From Gemmatimonadota bacterium (GTDB lineage Bacteria; Gemmatimonadota; Gemmatimonadetes; Palauibacterales; Palauibacteraceae): a DNA stretch of 64,000 bases. A model generated the notes under the pieces. That model made no database searches and had not been told where the DNA came from. It was given only the letters and a program-made list of their open reading frames with translations. Position numbers and translations under genes: made by a program. Location of the stretch: the NCBI GenBank assembly GCA_965116475.1, contig OZ220691.1, positions 3,168,001 through 3,232,000 of the forward strand. Reading direction: 5' to 3'. Of the stretch, positions 49,360 through 58,155 are shown in pieces; position 1 is the stretch's first letter; each line of letters begins with the position of its first letter.

Positions 49360-50346
49360 GTGAAAGCGATCTGGTACGAGCGGACCGGCCGCGCGCCGGA
49401 CGTGCTCCAATTCGGGGATCAGGATGCGCCCGTGCCGGCGGCGGGAGAGGTTCGCGTGCGGCTGGCCGCCTCGGGCGTGAATCCGTCGGACACCAAGCGG
49501 CGGGCCGGCTGGATCGGCCTCTCGATGCCTCACCCGCGCATCGTACCGCACTCCGACGGATCGGGAACGATCGACGCGGTGGGGCCGGAGGTGGACCGGG
49601 CCCGCGTCGGCGAACGCGTCTGGCTGTGGAACGCCCAGAGCGGCGGCCGCCCGTTCGGAACGGCGGCGGAGTACACGGCGGTGCCGGCGGTGCAGGCCGT
49701 GCCGTTGCCGGACAACGCGTCCTTCGCTGACGGGGCGGGTCTCGGCGTGCCGGGGAGCACCGCGCACTACGCCGTGTACGGGGACGGGCACGTGGGCGGG
49801 AAGCGTATCCTCGTGCAGGGAGGAGCCGGGGCCGTCGGCCACCTGGCGGTGCAACTCGCCACGCTGGGCGGCGCCGAAGTCATTGCCACGGTGAGCAGCG
49901 CCGCCAAGGCGGCGGTCGCGCTGGGCGGCGGCGCGAGGCACGCCATCGACTACCGGCGGGAGGACGTCGCCGGCCGGCTGCTGGACCTCACTGATGGGGA
50001 AGGGGTGGACCGCATCATCGAGGTGGACCTCGCCGCGAACCTCCAGACGGACGTCGCGGTCCTGCGGGAGAACGGGACGATCGCATCGTACTCGTCAACC
50101 TCCGGCCCGGAACTGCCGCTCGCCTACTATCCGCTCGCCTTCAAGGACCTGCGCATCCATTTCGTGCAGGGATACCTGCTGCCGCGCGCCGCCCGCCGCG
50201 CCGCGGTCCGGGATCTCACTACGTGGCTCGCGGCCGGACAACTCGACGTGCGGATCGCCGCCACCTTCCCGCTCGCGGAGACGGCGCCCGCACACGAGGC
50301 CCTCGAGTCAGGCCGCGCGGACGGAAAGATCCTTGTCGACTGCTAG
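49360..50346 (+). CDS. NADPH:quinone reductase (MDR/zeta-crystallin family)
   Basis: SGVNPSDTK.R, PHSDGSG, GTAAEY, GGAGAVG, AHEALESG..GK. Confidence 0.92.
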   Translation: MKAIWYERTGRAPDVLQFGDQDAPVPAAGEVRVRLAASGVNPSDTKRRAGWIGLSMPHPRIVPHSDGSGTIDAVGPEVDRARVGERVWLWNAQSGGRPFGTAAEYTAVPAVQAVPLPDNASFADGAGLGVPGSTAHYAVYGDGHVGGKRILVQGGAGAVGHLAVQLATLGGAEVIATVSSAAKAAVALGGGARHAIDYRREDVAGRLLDLTDGEGVDRIIEVDLAANLQTDVAVLRENGTIASYSSTSGPELPLAYYPLAFKDLRIHFVQGYLLPRAARRAAVRDLTTWLAAGQLDVRIAATFPLAETAPAHEALESGRADGKILVDC

Positions 50347-50382
50347 CAGCCCCGGCAGCGGCCCCGCGATGTCCGCGCCGCG

Positions 50383-52056
50383 CTACTGCACCCGTTCGAA
50401 GCGCAGGTCCCAGACGCGTCCCTGGCTCAGGCTTGCCTGCGTGACCCGGCCGGTGTCGTCGCGCCGGAAGATGAACGTGCTGCCTCCCTGCCTGAACGCG
50501 TCGGGATAGACCGGTGTCAGCGACGGCCCGTCCCCATACCGGTCCTTCAACACGAGCCCGCCGTCTTCGACCTCGACCCAGTACGTCACTTCCGCCTCGT
50601 CGCTGTGGTAGGCGCCCACGTAGGCGGCCAGATCCGACGCGCTGGGCTCGAACCCCTCCACCGGTTCGATCCTCACGTCGTCCGCGACGGGCGTGTCCAT
50701 GATCGCGCCGGGCCTCGCGCCGTCGCCGGCGGCGGCGTCGAAGACGATGGATACGCCCGCCGGCGAGGCGAACTCGGTCTCGCTCATGGCCGCGAGGGAC
50801 ATCCCGCCCGGCCCCGTGCCCAGCCGGAGCGCGGAGCCGTCCGCCGTCAACTGCATGAACTGACCCGTGCGGGTGTCGCGGTATCCGCCGGCGAACGCGG
50901 CGACGCGGGCCGGATCGACGTCCGCCCCCGCCGGATCCTCCGGCGCCTCCTCGTCGATGGCGTCGCCGAGGTAGAGTTCGGCCACCGCGCGGGCGAGCCC
51001 GCCGGGGTTGGCCTCGCCCACGTTGCACATCACGGACACCGCGAGACCGTGGTCGGGGAAGCGCGTGAGGAAGCCCCGGTACGCCGCGGTGCCTCCGGAA
51101 TGCTGCACCTCGCGCACGCCCTTGTAGTCGCCCACGAAGAGCCCGCCGGCGTAGCTGATCTGCCGCCCGGAGTCGAGCATCCCCTGCTCATGCATCAGTC
51201 GGATGAACTCGGGCCCGCCGACCTCGCCGGTGTCGAGGTTGCGGGTGAACCGGAGGAGGTCGCCGACCGTGGTGAGCAGGCCGCCGTTCCCGTGCACGTT
51301 CTCGAACGGCATCAGCATGTGCCATTCGCCGTCGTCGCCGCGCCGGTATCCGATCGAGCGCTCCTCGACGATCTCGGTGAAATCGTCGCGCCACTGCGTC
51401 TTCGTCATGCCGAGCGGGCGGAAGATCCGCTCCTGCGAGAACTCGTCGAAGGTCTGTCCGGTCACCCGCTCCACGAGCATCGCCTGGAGGTTGTAGCCGG
51501 TGTTCGTGTACGAGTAGTAGCGGCCCGGCTCGTAGTTGAGGGCGCGTTGGCGGCTCGCGATGTCGAGCGCGTGCTTGTGCGTGTGGATGCGGGTCGTCCG
51601 CGCCCAGCCGTGGATGCCGGCGACCGACCCCCAGTCGCGGAGCCCGCTCGTATGATGGATGAGCATCCGCACCGTGATGGGCTCGCCGTAGTCGGGCATC
51701 TCCGGGAAGTACTCCCGGATGTCGTCGTCGAGGTCGATGCGTCCGTCCAGCGCGAGCAGGATCGTGGCCGCCGCGGTGAACTGCTTCGAGACCGAGCCCG
51801 GCTCGAACACGGTCTCCGGCGTGTTCGGCAGGTCCCACTCGAGGTTCGCCAAGCCGTAAGCCCGGGCCATGACCTGCTGCCCATCCCGCGAGACCGCGAA
51901 GGCGCATCCGGGGCCGTCCGAAGCGCTGTAATCCGCGAATACGGCGTCGAGCGCCCCCAGTTCGACGGCTCCCGCGGACGCATCGTCCCGGCTCGCGTCC
52001 GCGCAGGCGAGTCCCGCGGCGAGGGGAAGGATGAGGGTCCAGAGTCGTGTCTTCAT
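50383..52056 (-). CDS. Serine hydrolase (beta-lactamase class C-like) lipoprotein
   Basis: GSVSKQF (SxxK), HHTSG, YSYTNTGY, HSGG; lipobox GLAC. Confidence 0.9.
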   Translation of the reverse strand: MKTRLWTLILPLAAGLACADASRDDASAGAVELGALDAVFADYSASDGPGCAFAVSRDGQQVMARAYGLANLEWDLPNTPETVFEPGSVSKQFTAAATILLALDGRIDLDDDIREYFPEMPDYGEPITVRMLIHHTSGLRDWGSVAGIHGWARTTRIHTHKHALDIASRQRALNYEPGRYYSYTNTGYNLQAMLVERVTGQTFDEFSQERIFRPLGMTKTQWRDDFTEIVEERSIGYRRGDDGEWHMLMPFENVHGNGGLLTTVGDLLRFTRNLDTGEVGGPEFIRLMHEQGMLDSGRQISYAGGLFVGDYKGVREVQHSGGTAAYRGFLTRFPDHGLAVSVMCNVGEANPGGLARAVAELYLGDAIDEEAPEDPAGADVDPARVAAFAGGYRDTRTGQFMQLTADGSALRLGTGPGGMSLAAMSETEFASPAGVSIVFDAAAGDGARPGAIMDTPVADDVRIEPVEGFEPSASDLAAYVGAYHSDEAEVTYWVEVEDGGLVLKDRYGDGPSLTPVYPDAFRQGGSTFIFRRDDTGRVTQASLSQGRVWDLRFERVQ

Positions 52057-52184
52057 CGTCTTCCTCCTGACTGGATTTTGCGGCACCCGCCGTCTCGTCA
52101 CCGGCCGAAGCCGTCCGCGCGGCCGGCAGTGCAATGTCGGTGCCCGGACCTGCCCCGTCGAGATCCGGCGCCGCTGGCCGGATT

Positions 52185-53414
52185 TCAGCGGGCGACTTCG
52201 ATGACTCCAGCGTCCCCTTCGATGCGCAGTGTGGTCCCCAACCCGGCCGAGCGCGCGCGGATGTCCTCGAGCAGGGAGCGGGCGGCTTCGCCATCGAGCA
52301 GATACGGCTGGGACAGGGCGTCTCCGCGCCCCGCGATGGGAAGAACATCCAGCCGGGTGACGCCATCCGCGCCCAGGTGCAGGCGGACCGCGATGTTGTC
52401 CATCCAGTAGTCGTGCCCATGCCCGAAGATGAAGTTCCCCAGCGAATAAACGATCGGCTTGCCGTCGCGAACCTCTATCCCGCGTGGAACGTGGGGATGG
52501 TGTCCCAGGATGGCGTCGGCGCCCGCGTCGAGGACGTCGTGCGCGAAGTCCCGCATGCCCGGATGCACGTCCTGGCTGTTCTCGATCCCCCAGTGGAAGC
52601 TCACCGCGACGAAATCCACGCGGTCGCGTACGCGGGCGATGTCTTCCCGAATCAGGAGCGGGTCCATGGGGACGACCCCCGACTGGCTCGGTGTCGCGAA
52701 CGAGGAGCCGCCGTCGTTCACGAACTGCGCGTAGGCGAGAAACGCGACCCGGAGCCCGCCGCGTTCGATGATGTAGGGGCGGCGGGCGTCGGCGAGGTCA
52801 CGTCCCGTGCCGGCATGGCCGACCCCGGCCCGGCGCAGGTGATGGATCGTGTCGAGGAGCCCTTCCCCTTCGGCGTCGAGCGAGTGGTTGTTGGCCGTCG
52901 CCACGACATCGATCCCTGCCCAGGCGAGGGCGTCGGCAAAGGCTGCGGGTGTGCGAAAGGCGCCGCTCCAGCGGGCGTCGTCCGAGAGCGGCGTCTCCAG
53001 GTTGGCGAAAGCGATGTCCGCGTCGCGCAGGAGATCGGCCGAGCCGTGAAACGGATAGCGCGCCTCCTCCTGCCCATCCTCAAAGGAGAGACCGTAGTGA
53101 TGGGCGCGGAGGTGGTGCGCGTCTTCCGTGATCAGCGTCGTGTCGAGCGCCGTTTCGAGAAGGTCGCGGGAGTCCGGCGTCGCGGCGTAGGGCACGCGGA
53201 TCCAGCCGTCGCCGCGGTGCCAGAGCACGTTGCTGCGGCCGGACTGGGCCGCGTCGTAGTACACGGTCGGGGGCTTCGTCGCCCGCGACCATTCGATGTC
53301 TCCGACGGCGACGATCGTAATCTCCTGACCGGGAAGAGGTTGGGGGACGACGGCCGCCACCGCGCAGCCCGCCGCAAGCAGCGTGTGGACGATGTATGCT
53401 CCATAGGCGGGCAT
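52185..53414 (-). CDS. CapA-family metallophosphatase
   Basis: AVGDI, NLETP, ANNHSLD, HWGIE, GHHPHV, YSLGNFIF. Confidence 0.9.
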   Translation of the reverse strand: MPAYGAYIVHTLLAAGCAVAAVVPQPLPGQEITIVAVGDIEWSRATKPPTVYYDAAQSGRSNVLWHRGDGWIRVPYAATPDSRDLLETALDTTLITEDAHHLRAHHYGLSFEDGQEEARYPFHGSADLLRDADIAFANLETPLSDDARWSGAFRTPAAFADALAWAGIDVVATANNHSLDAEGEGLLDTIHHLRRAGVGHAGTGRDLADARRPYIIERGGLRVAFLAYAQFVNDGGSSFATPSQSGVVPMDPLLIREDIARVRDRVDFVAVSFHWGIENSQDVHPGMRDFAHDVLDAGADAILGHHPHVPRGIEVRDGKPIVYSLGNFIFGHGHDYWMDNIAVRLHLGADGVTRLDVLPIAGRGDALSQPYLLDGEAARSLLEDIRARSAGLGTTLRIEGDAGVIEVAR

Positions 53415-53436
53415 GGGGCGTCTCCGGTTGCGGGGA

Positions 53437-54867
53437 TTACTCGGTCGGCGCCGCCGCCAGGATCCCGGCGGGGTCGAGGGCGCGTCCGGCGCGCACTACG
53501 GTCCGGATGCGCCTCGTGTTGCGGATGTCCTCGAGGGGGTCCGCTTCGAGGAGCACGAGATCGGCTTCCAGCCCGGCCTCGACGGCGCCGCGGTTCCCGT
53601 CCTCCTTCAGAATCCGCGCGTTCTCGAGCGTGGCGGCGGACAGGACTTCTCGGGCCGGCATGCCGGCTTCGACGAGAAACTCCATCTCGTGGTGCAGCGA
53701 GGCGCCCGGCGCGACCTGCGGCTCCGGGGCGTCGGTCCCCACGAGCAACTGCACGCCCGCTTCATGCAGCATGCCGGTGAGACGCAGGTATTTTTCCCAC
53801 GTCCCCTCGCGCACGGAGACCGGCGCCGCGCCCCAGTCCAGGCTCCTGCGCTCCCGGTCCCTGTCCCAGAACGTCTTGAGCCGGGTCGGCATGGGGTCGT
53901 GGTCGGGGTGTCCGTAGACCTCCGGGAGGTCCATGAAGAGGAGCGTGCCCCAGAAGACCATGAGAGTCGGATCGACGCGCGCTCCGTGCTCGGCGATGAC
54001 GTCGATGAGGCGGCGCGCCTCGTCCGAGTCGAGGTTGATCGAATGGCGGTCGTCGGGGTCGTCGAGGAGGAAGTTGGACACCGTGTAGATGTGCTCGACG
54101 CAGTCGAGCCCGTCGCGGACGGCGTCGGCCGTGTGATAGTCGAGAAGGTGTCCGCTCACGACGAGGCCGTGTTCATGGCCGGCCTCGATCACGCGGCGCC
54201 CCACGTCGCGCCCGGTCCCGACATAGATCTTGAGCGTCTTCACGCCCCACGCCGCCATGTCCGCCACGAAGGGGTCCACGTCGGCGGGAGAGGCCAGGTA
54301 CCAGCCGACGTCGGGGTGCCAGGGCGGGTTGCCGTCGATGAGGAAGCTGCAGCGGAACACGTTGGGAGAGATCTCCGGGTGGTCGTCGGCGTAGCGCTCG
54401 ATGAGGCGCTGTGCCGGGACGTTGTCTCCCGTGCTCCGGATGGACGTCACCCCGTGTCCGAGGTAGAAGGGCAGGACCTCGTCGCCGGTCATGTGCGACT
54501 GGTAGAGGATGTGGGTGACGTGAACGTGCGCGTCGATGAGTCCGGGGAGAACGAAGAGGCCGGCCCCGTCGATGCGCGTCGCGCCCTGGGCGGCGTCGGA
54601 GTCGGCGTTCAGTTCGGCCGCAGGGGCGACGGCTTCGATGCGGCTGTCCCGGACGAGCACGCTCGTGTCCGGGCGCATGGCGCCGTCGCGGACGTCGAAG
54701 ACGCTGGCCCGGTCGATGAGCAGCGGGCGATCCGGCGCCTCCCCGGCCGAGTCGCCGGTTGCCGGCGCCCGCTCCGCCTGCCGGGCATCCCCCGCGCAGC
54801 CGAGGGCGAGCCCGGCGCCGGTCAGCGCGGCGCCCCGCACGAAGTCGCGGCGGTCGATGGCGGCCAC
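53437..54867 (-). CDS. Tat-exported amidohydrolase lipoprotein
   Basis: IDRRDFVRG, LGC; PGLIDAHVH, EH, GTDA, G.VEAG.EADLVLL..DPL.DI. Confidence 0.9.
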   Translation of the reverse strand: MAAIDRRDFVRGAALTGAGLALGCAGDARQAERAPATGDSAGEAPDRPLLIDRASVFDVRDGAMRPDTSVLVRDSRIEAVAPAAELNADSDAAQGATRIDGAGLFVLPGLIDAHVHVTHILYQSHMTGDEVLPFYLGHGVTSIRSTGDNVPAQRLIERYADDHPEISPNVFRCSFLIDGNPPWHPDVGWYLASPADVDPFVADMAAWGVKTLKIYVGTGRDVGRRVIEAGHEHGLVVSGHLLDYHTADAVRDGLDCVEHIYTVSNFLLDDPDDRHSINLDSDEARRLIDVIAEHGARVDPTLMVFWGTLLFMDLPEVYGHPDHDPMPTRLKTFWDRDRERRSLDWGAAPVSVREGTWEKYLRLTGMLHEAGVQLLVGTDAPEPQVAPGASLHHEMEFLVEAGMPAREVLSAATLENARILKEDGNRGAVEAGLEADLVLLEADPLEDIRNTRRIRTVVRAGRALDPAGILAAAPTE

Positions 54868-55002
54868 GGGCGGCTACGCGGAGATGAGGCGGTGTGGGAG
54901 CGTCATTTCTGAGAATCGTCCGCGGCGCTTGGCGGCGTCAAGCAGGGCCCGGTCCGCGGGGTCGTTGATAGCGCGTTGCGGTCGCGGCGATAGGTTGGGG
55001 TC

Positions 55003-58000
55003 ATGCCCGCTCCTTCCGCCCGCTTCATCGTCTCCCCAACCGCCGCCGTGCGCTTCGACGCCGCGTGGGAATGGCTCGGGGAGCAACCGTGCGCGGAGGG
55101 TGTGACGGTCATCGGCGAGACGCTGTCCGGGCCGCACGAGCTGCTTTTGCGCCGGGTCCGGACCGCCGGGGCCGCGATGGGCTGGCGCCGCACGACGCTG
55201 CGCCGCCTGGCCCGCGAGGCCGCTCTCTCGCGGCTCGCGTCCGACGGACGGGCGATCGGAGATGCGGTGGCTCGCGACGCCATCGTGGCGCGGGCGCTGG
55301 CGGGGCTCGATCGGCGAAAGCTCGGCCGCCTGGCGGCCGTGTCGGACACGCCCGGCTTCGTGCGCGCCGTGGGGCGAGCGGTGGAGGCTCTCCGCATGGC
55401 GGGCATCGCGCCGTCCGGTGTCGCCCCCGTCGACGCGGACCTCGCCGCCTTCTTCGAAGCGGTCGAGACGGAATGGAGGGCGGCGGGGCTGGCGGATCGA
55501 GCCGGCGTGTTCAAGACCGCGCTATCGGCGCTCGGCGATGCGGACGCCCGGCCGCGCGGCGTGGACGACCGGTTCCTGATTCTGGACGCCCGGATCTGGA
55601 CGGAGCTGGAGGCGAGATTCGTCGCGGTGCTCATCGAGCGAGGCTGCGAGCTGCTTGCGACCGTGCCCGAGGGGGATGACCGCACGCTGCGGGCGCTGGA
55701 GGAGGCGGGTGCGCGCCCGTCCGATCCGGTCCGGGCCAATGGGGCCGCCAGCGGGGCGATCGGACGGCTTCACGCGCACCTTTTCGGCGCGGCGCCGTCC
55801 GCGTCCGCCACGGACGATGCGGTCACCGTGTTCTCCGCTCCCGGCGAGGGCCGGGAGGCCGTGGAGATCGCCCGCCGGCTCACCTCGCTCGCCGAGGCCG
55901 GAACCCCCTTCGACCGGTGCGCGATCCTCCTCCGGCAGCCCGAAGATTACCGACCATACCTGGAGGAAGCGCTCAATCGCGCGGGAATCCGCCCCTGGTT
56001 CGCGTCCGGCGTCCGGCGTCCGGACCCGGCGGGCCGGGCTTTTCTGGCCCTGCTTCGCTGCCGGGCCGAAGACTACTCGGCGCTTCGCTTTTCGGAGTAC
56101 GTCTCGATCGGCGAGGTGCCGGGCGGAGGAGATGACGCGGAGCGGGTGCCGCGACGCTGGGAGCCGCTGCTCGTCGACGCGGCCGTCGTCGGCGGCCTCG
56201 AGCGCTGGGAGCGGCGACTCGATGGCCTCGCCGCGGAACTCGGGTTCAAGCGTGCCGCGCTGGAGGCGGAGGACGCCGAAAACCCGCGTCTCGCGCGGAT
56301 CGATGGCATGCGCGCCAATCTCGCCTCCCTCCGGGAGTATGCGCTGCCGTTGCTGTCGGAGCTGTCCGAACTGCCCGCGGAGGCCCGCTGGGAGAGCTGG
56401 CTGGCCGCGCTGACCCGCCTCGCCACGCGCTCGCTGCGGCGGCCCGGCAACGTGCTCGCCGCGTTGTCCGAACTCGGGCCGATGGGGCCCCTGGGCCCGG
56501 TGAAGCTGGACGAGGTCCTGCGCGTTCTCACGCACCGGCTGTCGGAGGTCTCCGAGCCTCCGCCCGCGAACCGCTACGGCTGCGTGTTCATCGGTCCCAT
56601 CGACGCGGCACGGGGGCTCGTCTTCGATGTCGTGTTCGTCCCCGGCATGGCCGAACGCGTGTTCCCTCCCAAGATCGGGGAAGACCCGATCCTGCTCGAC
56701 GAGATGCGTCACCGGCTGGCTCCCGGGCGTCTCCCGACGAACGACGACCGCGTCCAGCAGGAGCGTCTCGCCTTCAGGCTCGCGGTCGGGGCGGCGCGGA
56801 AGCAGGTCGTGCTCTCGTACCCGCGCATCGACGCCATGAAGACCCGGCCCCGGGTCCCCTCCTTCTACGCACTCGAGGCGATTCAGGCCGCGGAGGGCCG
56901 GCTGCCCGGCTTCGAGGAGCTGACACAGCGGGCGGAGGAGGTCTCCGACGCGCGGATCGGCTGGCCCGCGCCGAAATCCCGCGCGCTGGCGATCGACGAG
57001 GCCGAGTACGACCTCGCGGTGCTCGACGAACTCGACCGGCACGATCTCCGCGGCGAACGCGCGGTGAAAGCCGCGGGTCATCTCCTTCATTCGAACCCCC
57101 ACCTTGCGCGCGCCCTCCGCTTCCGCGCCTACCGCTGGGAGGTGCCGCGCTGGACCTGGGCGGACGGACTCGTGCAGCTCTCCGAGCGGGCCGCGGGAGC
57201 GCTGGCGGAGCGGTCGCCCGACGCGCGTCCCTATTCGGCCACGGCGCTGCAGCATTTCGCGGCGTGTCCGTACCGCTTCTATCTGCAGGCGATCCAGGGC
57301 CTGCGTCCGCGGGAGGCGCCGGTCGGGATCGAGGCGCTCGACCCGCTGCAGCGCGGTTCGCTCGTCCACCAGGTTCAGTTCGAACTCCTGACCCGGCTTC
57401 AGGCCGAGAGCACGAAGGAGCGGCCTCTCCTTCCGGTGGGGCCGGAGAACGACGCGCGGGTATCCGAACTTCTCGAGGAGGTGCTCGACAAGGTGGCGGA
57501 GGATTTCCGCGACCGTCTCGTGCCGGCGATCGACCGGGTCTGGGACGACGGCATCGAAGCGATCCGGCAGGACCTGCGGGAGTGGCTGCAGCGCGAGAGC
57601 GACAGCGGGTCGCCGTTCGAGCCGTGGCGCTTCGAGCTTTCCTTCGGGCTCCCGCGGGACCCCAACCGCGACGCGCACTCCGTGGAGGATCCCGTCGACC
57701 TCGCCGTCGGGCTGAAGCTCCGCGGCGCCATCGACCTCATCGAACGGACCCCGGCCGGGGTTCTGCGGGTCACGGATCACAAGACCGGCCGGCACCGGGC
57801 GAAGGCGGGCGCGACGATCCAGGGAGGCGAACTCCTGCAGCCGGTCCTCTACGCGCTCGCCGCGCAGAAGCTGTTCCCGGAACAGCGCGTGGAATCGGGC
57901 CGGCTCTACTACTGCACGGCGGATGGCGAATTCCGGGACCACGTCGTGCCGCTCGACGACAGGGCGCTCGAAGCGGCGGGGGTTCTGAGCGAAATCGTGA

Positions 58001-58155
58001 GCGGAGCCTTCGAGGCCGGGAGTTTCCCGGCGCTCCCGCGGGAGGACGCCTGCCACTGGTGCGACTACCGGCGGATTTGCGGGCCCGACGAGGAACTCCG
58101 CACCCGGCGCAAGCCTCCACCGGTCGATCTGCGGCGCCTGCGGGAGTACCCGTGA
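55003..58155 (+). CDS. addB: AddB/RexB-like PD-(D/E)XK nuclease subunit
   Basis: Degenerate helicase domain; SATAL..FAACPYRF, RGAIDLIE, DHKTG, LQPVLY, CHWCDYRRIC (4-Cys Fe-S staple). Confidence 0.85.
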   Translation: MPAPSARFIVSPTAAVRFDAAWEWLGEQPCAEGVTVIGETLSGPHELLLRRVRTAGAAMGWRRTTLRRLAREAALSRLASDGRAIGDAVARDAIVARALAGLDRRKLGRLAAVSDTPGFVRAVGRAVEALRMAGIAPSGVAPVDADLAAFFEAVETEWRAAGLADRAGVFKTALSALGDADARPRGVDDRFLILDARIWTELEARFVAVLIERGCELLATVPEGDDRTLRALEEAGARPSDPVRANGAASGAIGRLHAHLFGAAPSASATDDAVTVFSAPGEGREAVEIARRLTSLAEAGTPFDRCAILLRQPEDYRPYLEEALNRAGIRPWFASGVRRPDPAGRAFLALLRCRAEDYSALRFSEYVSIGEVPGGGDDAERVPRRWEPLLVDAAVVGGLERWERRLDGLAAELGFKRAALEAEDAENPRLARIDGMRANLASLREYALPLLSELSELPAEARWESWLAALTRLATRSLRRPGNVLAALSELGPMGPLGPVKLDEVLRVLTHRLSEVSEPPPANRYGCVFIGPIDAARGLVFDVVFVPGMAERVFPPKIGEDPILLDEMRHRLAPGRLPTNDDRVQQERLAFRLAVGAARKQVVLSYPRIDAMKTRPRVPSFYALEAIQAAEGRLPGFEELTQRAEEVSDARIGWPAPKSRALAIDEAEYDLAVLDELDRHDLRGERAVKAAGHLLHSNPHLARALRFRAYRWEVPRWTWADGLVQLSERAAGALAERSPDARPYSATALQHFAACPYRFYLQAIQGLRPREAPVGIEALDPLQRGSLVHQVQFELLTRLQAESTKERPLLPVGPENDARVSELLEEVLDKVAEDFRDRLVPAIDRVWDDGIEAIRQDLREWLQRESDSGSPFEPWRFELSFGLPRDPNRDAHSVEDPVDLAVGLKLRGAIDLIERTPAGVLRVTDHKTGRHRAKAGATIQGGELLQPVLYALAAQKLFPEQRVESGRLYYCTADGEFRDHVVPLDDRALEAAGVLSEIVSGAFEAGSFPALPREDACHWCDYRRICGPDEELRTRRKPPPVDLRRLREYP

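Noticed and set aside
52185..53414. Poly-gamma-glutamate capsule locus (capA plus ggt)
   Set aside because: No capB/capC nearby, ggt is about 23 kb away, and CapA-family proteins are commonly stand-alone.
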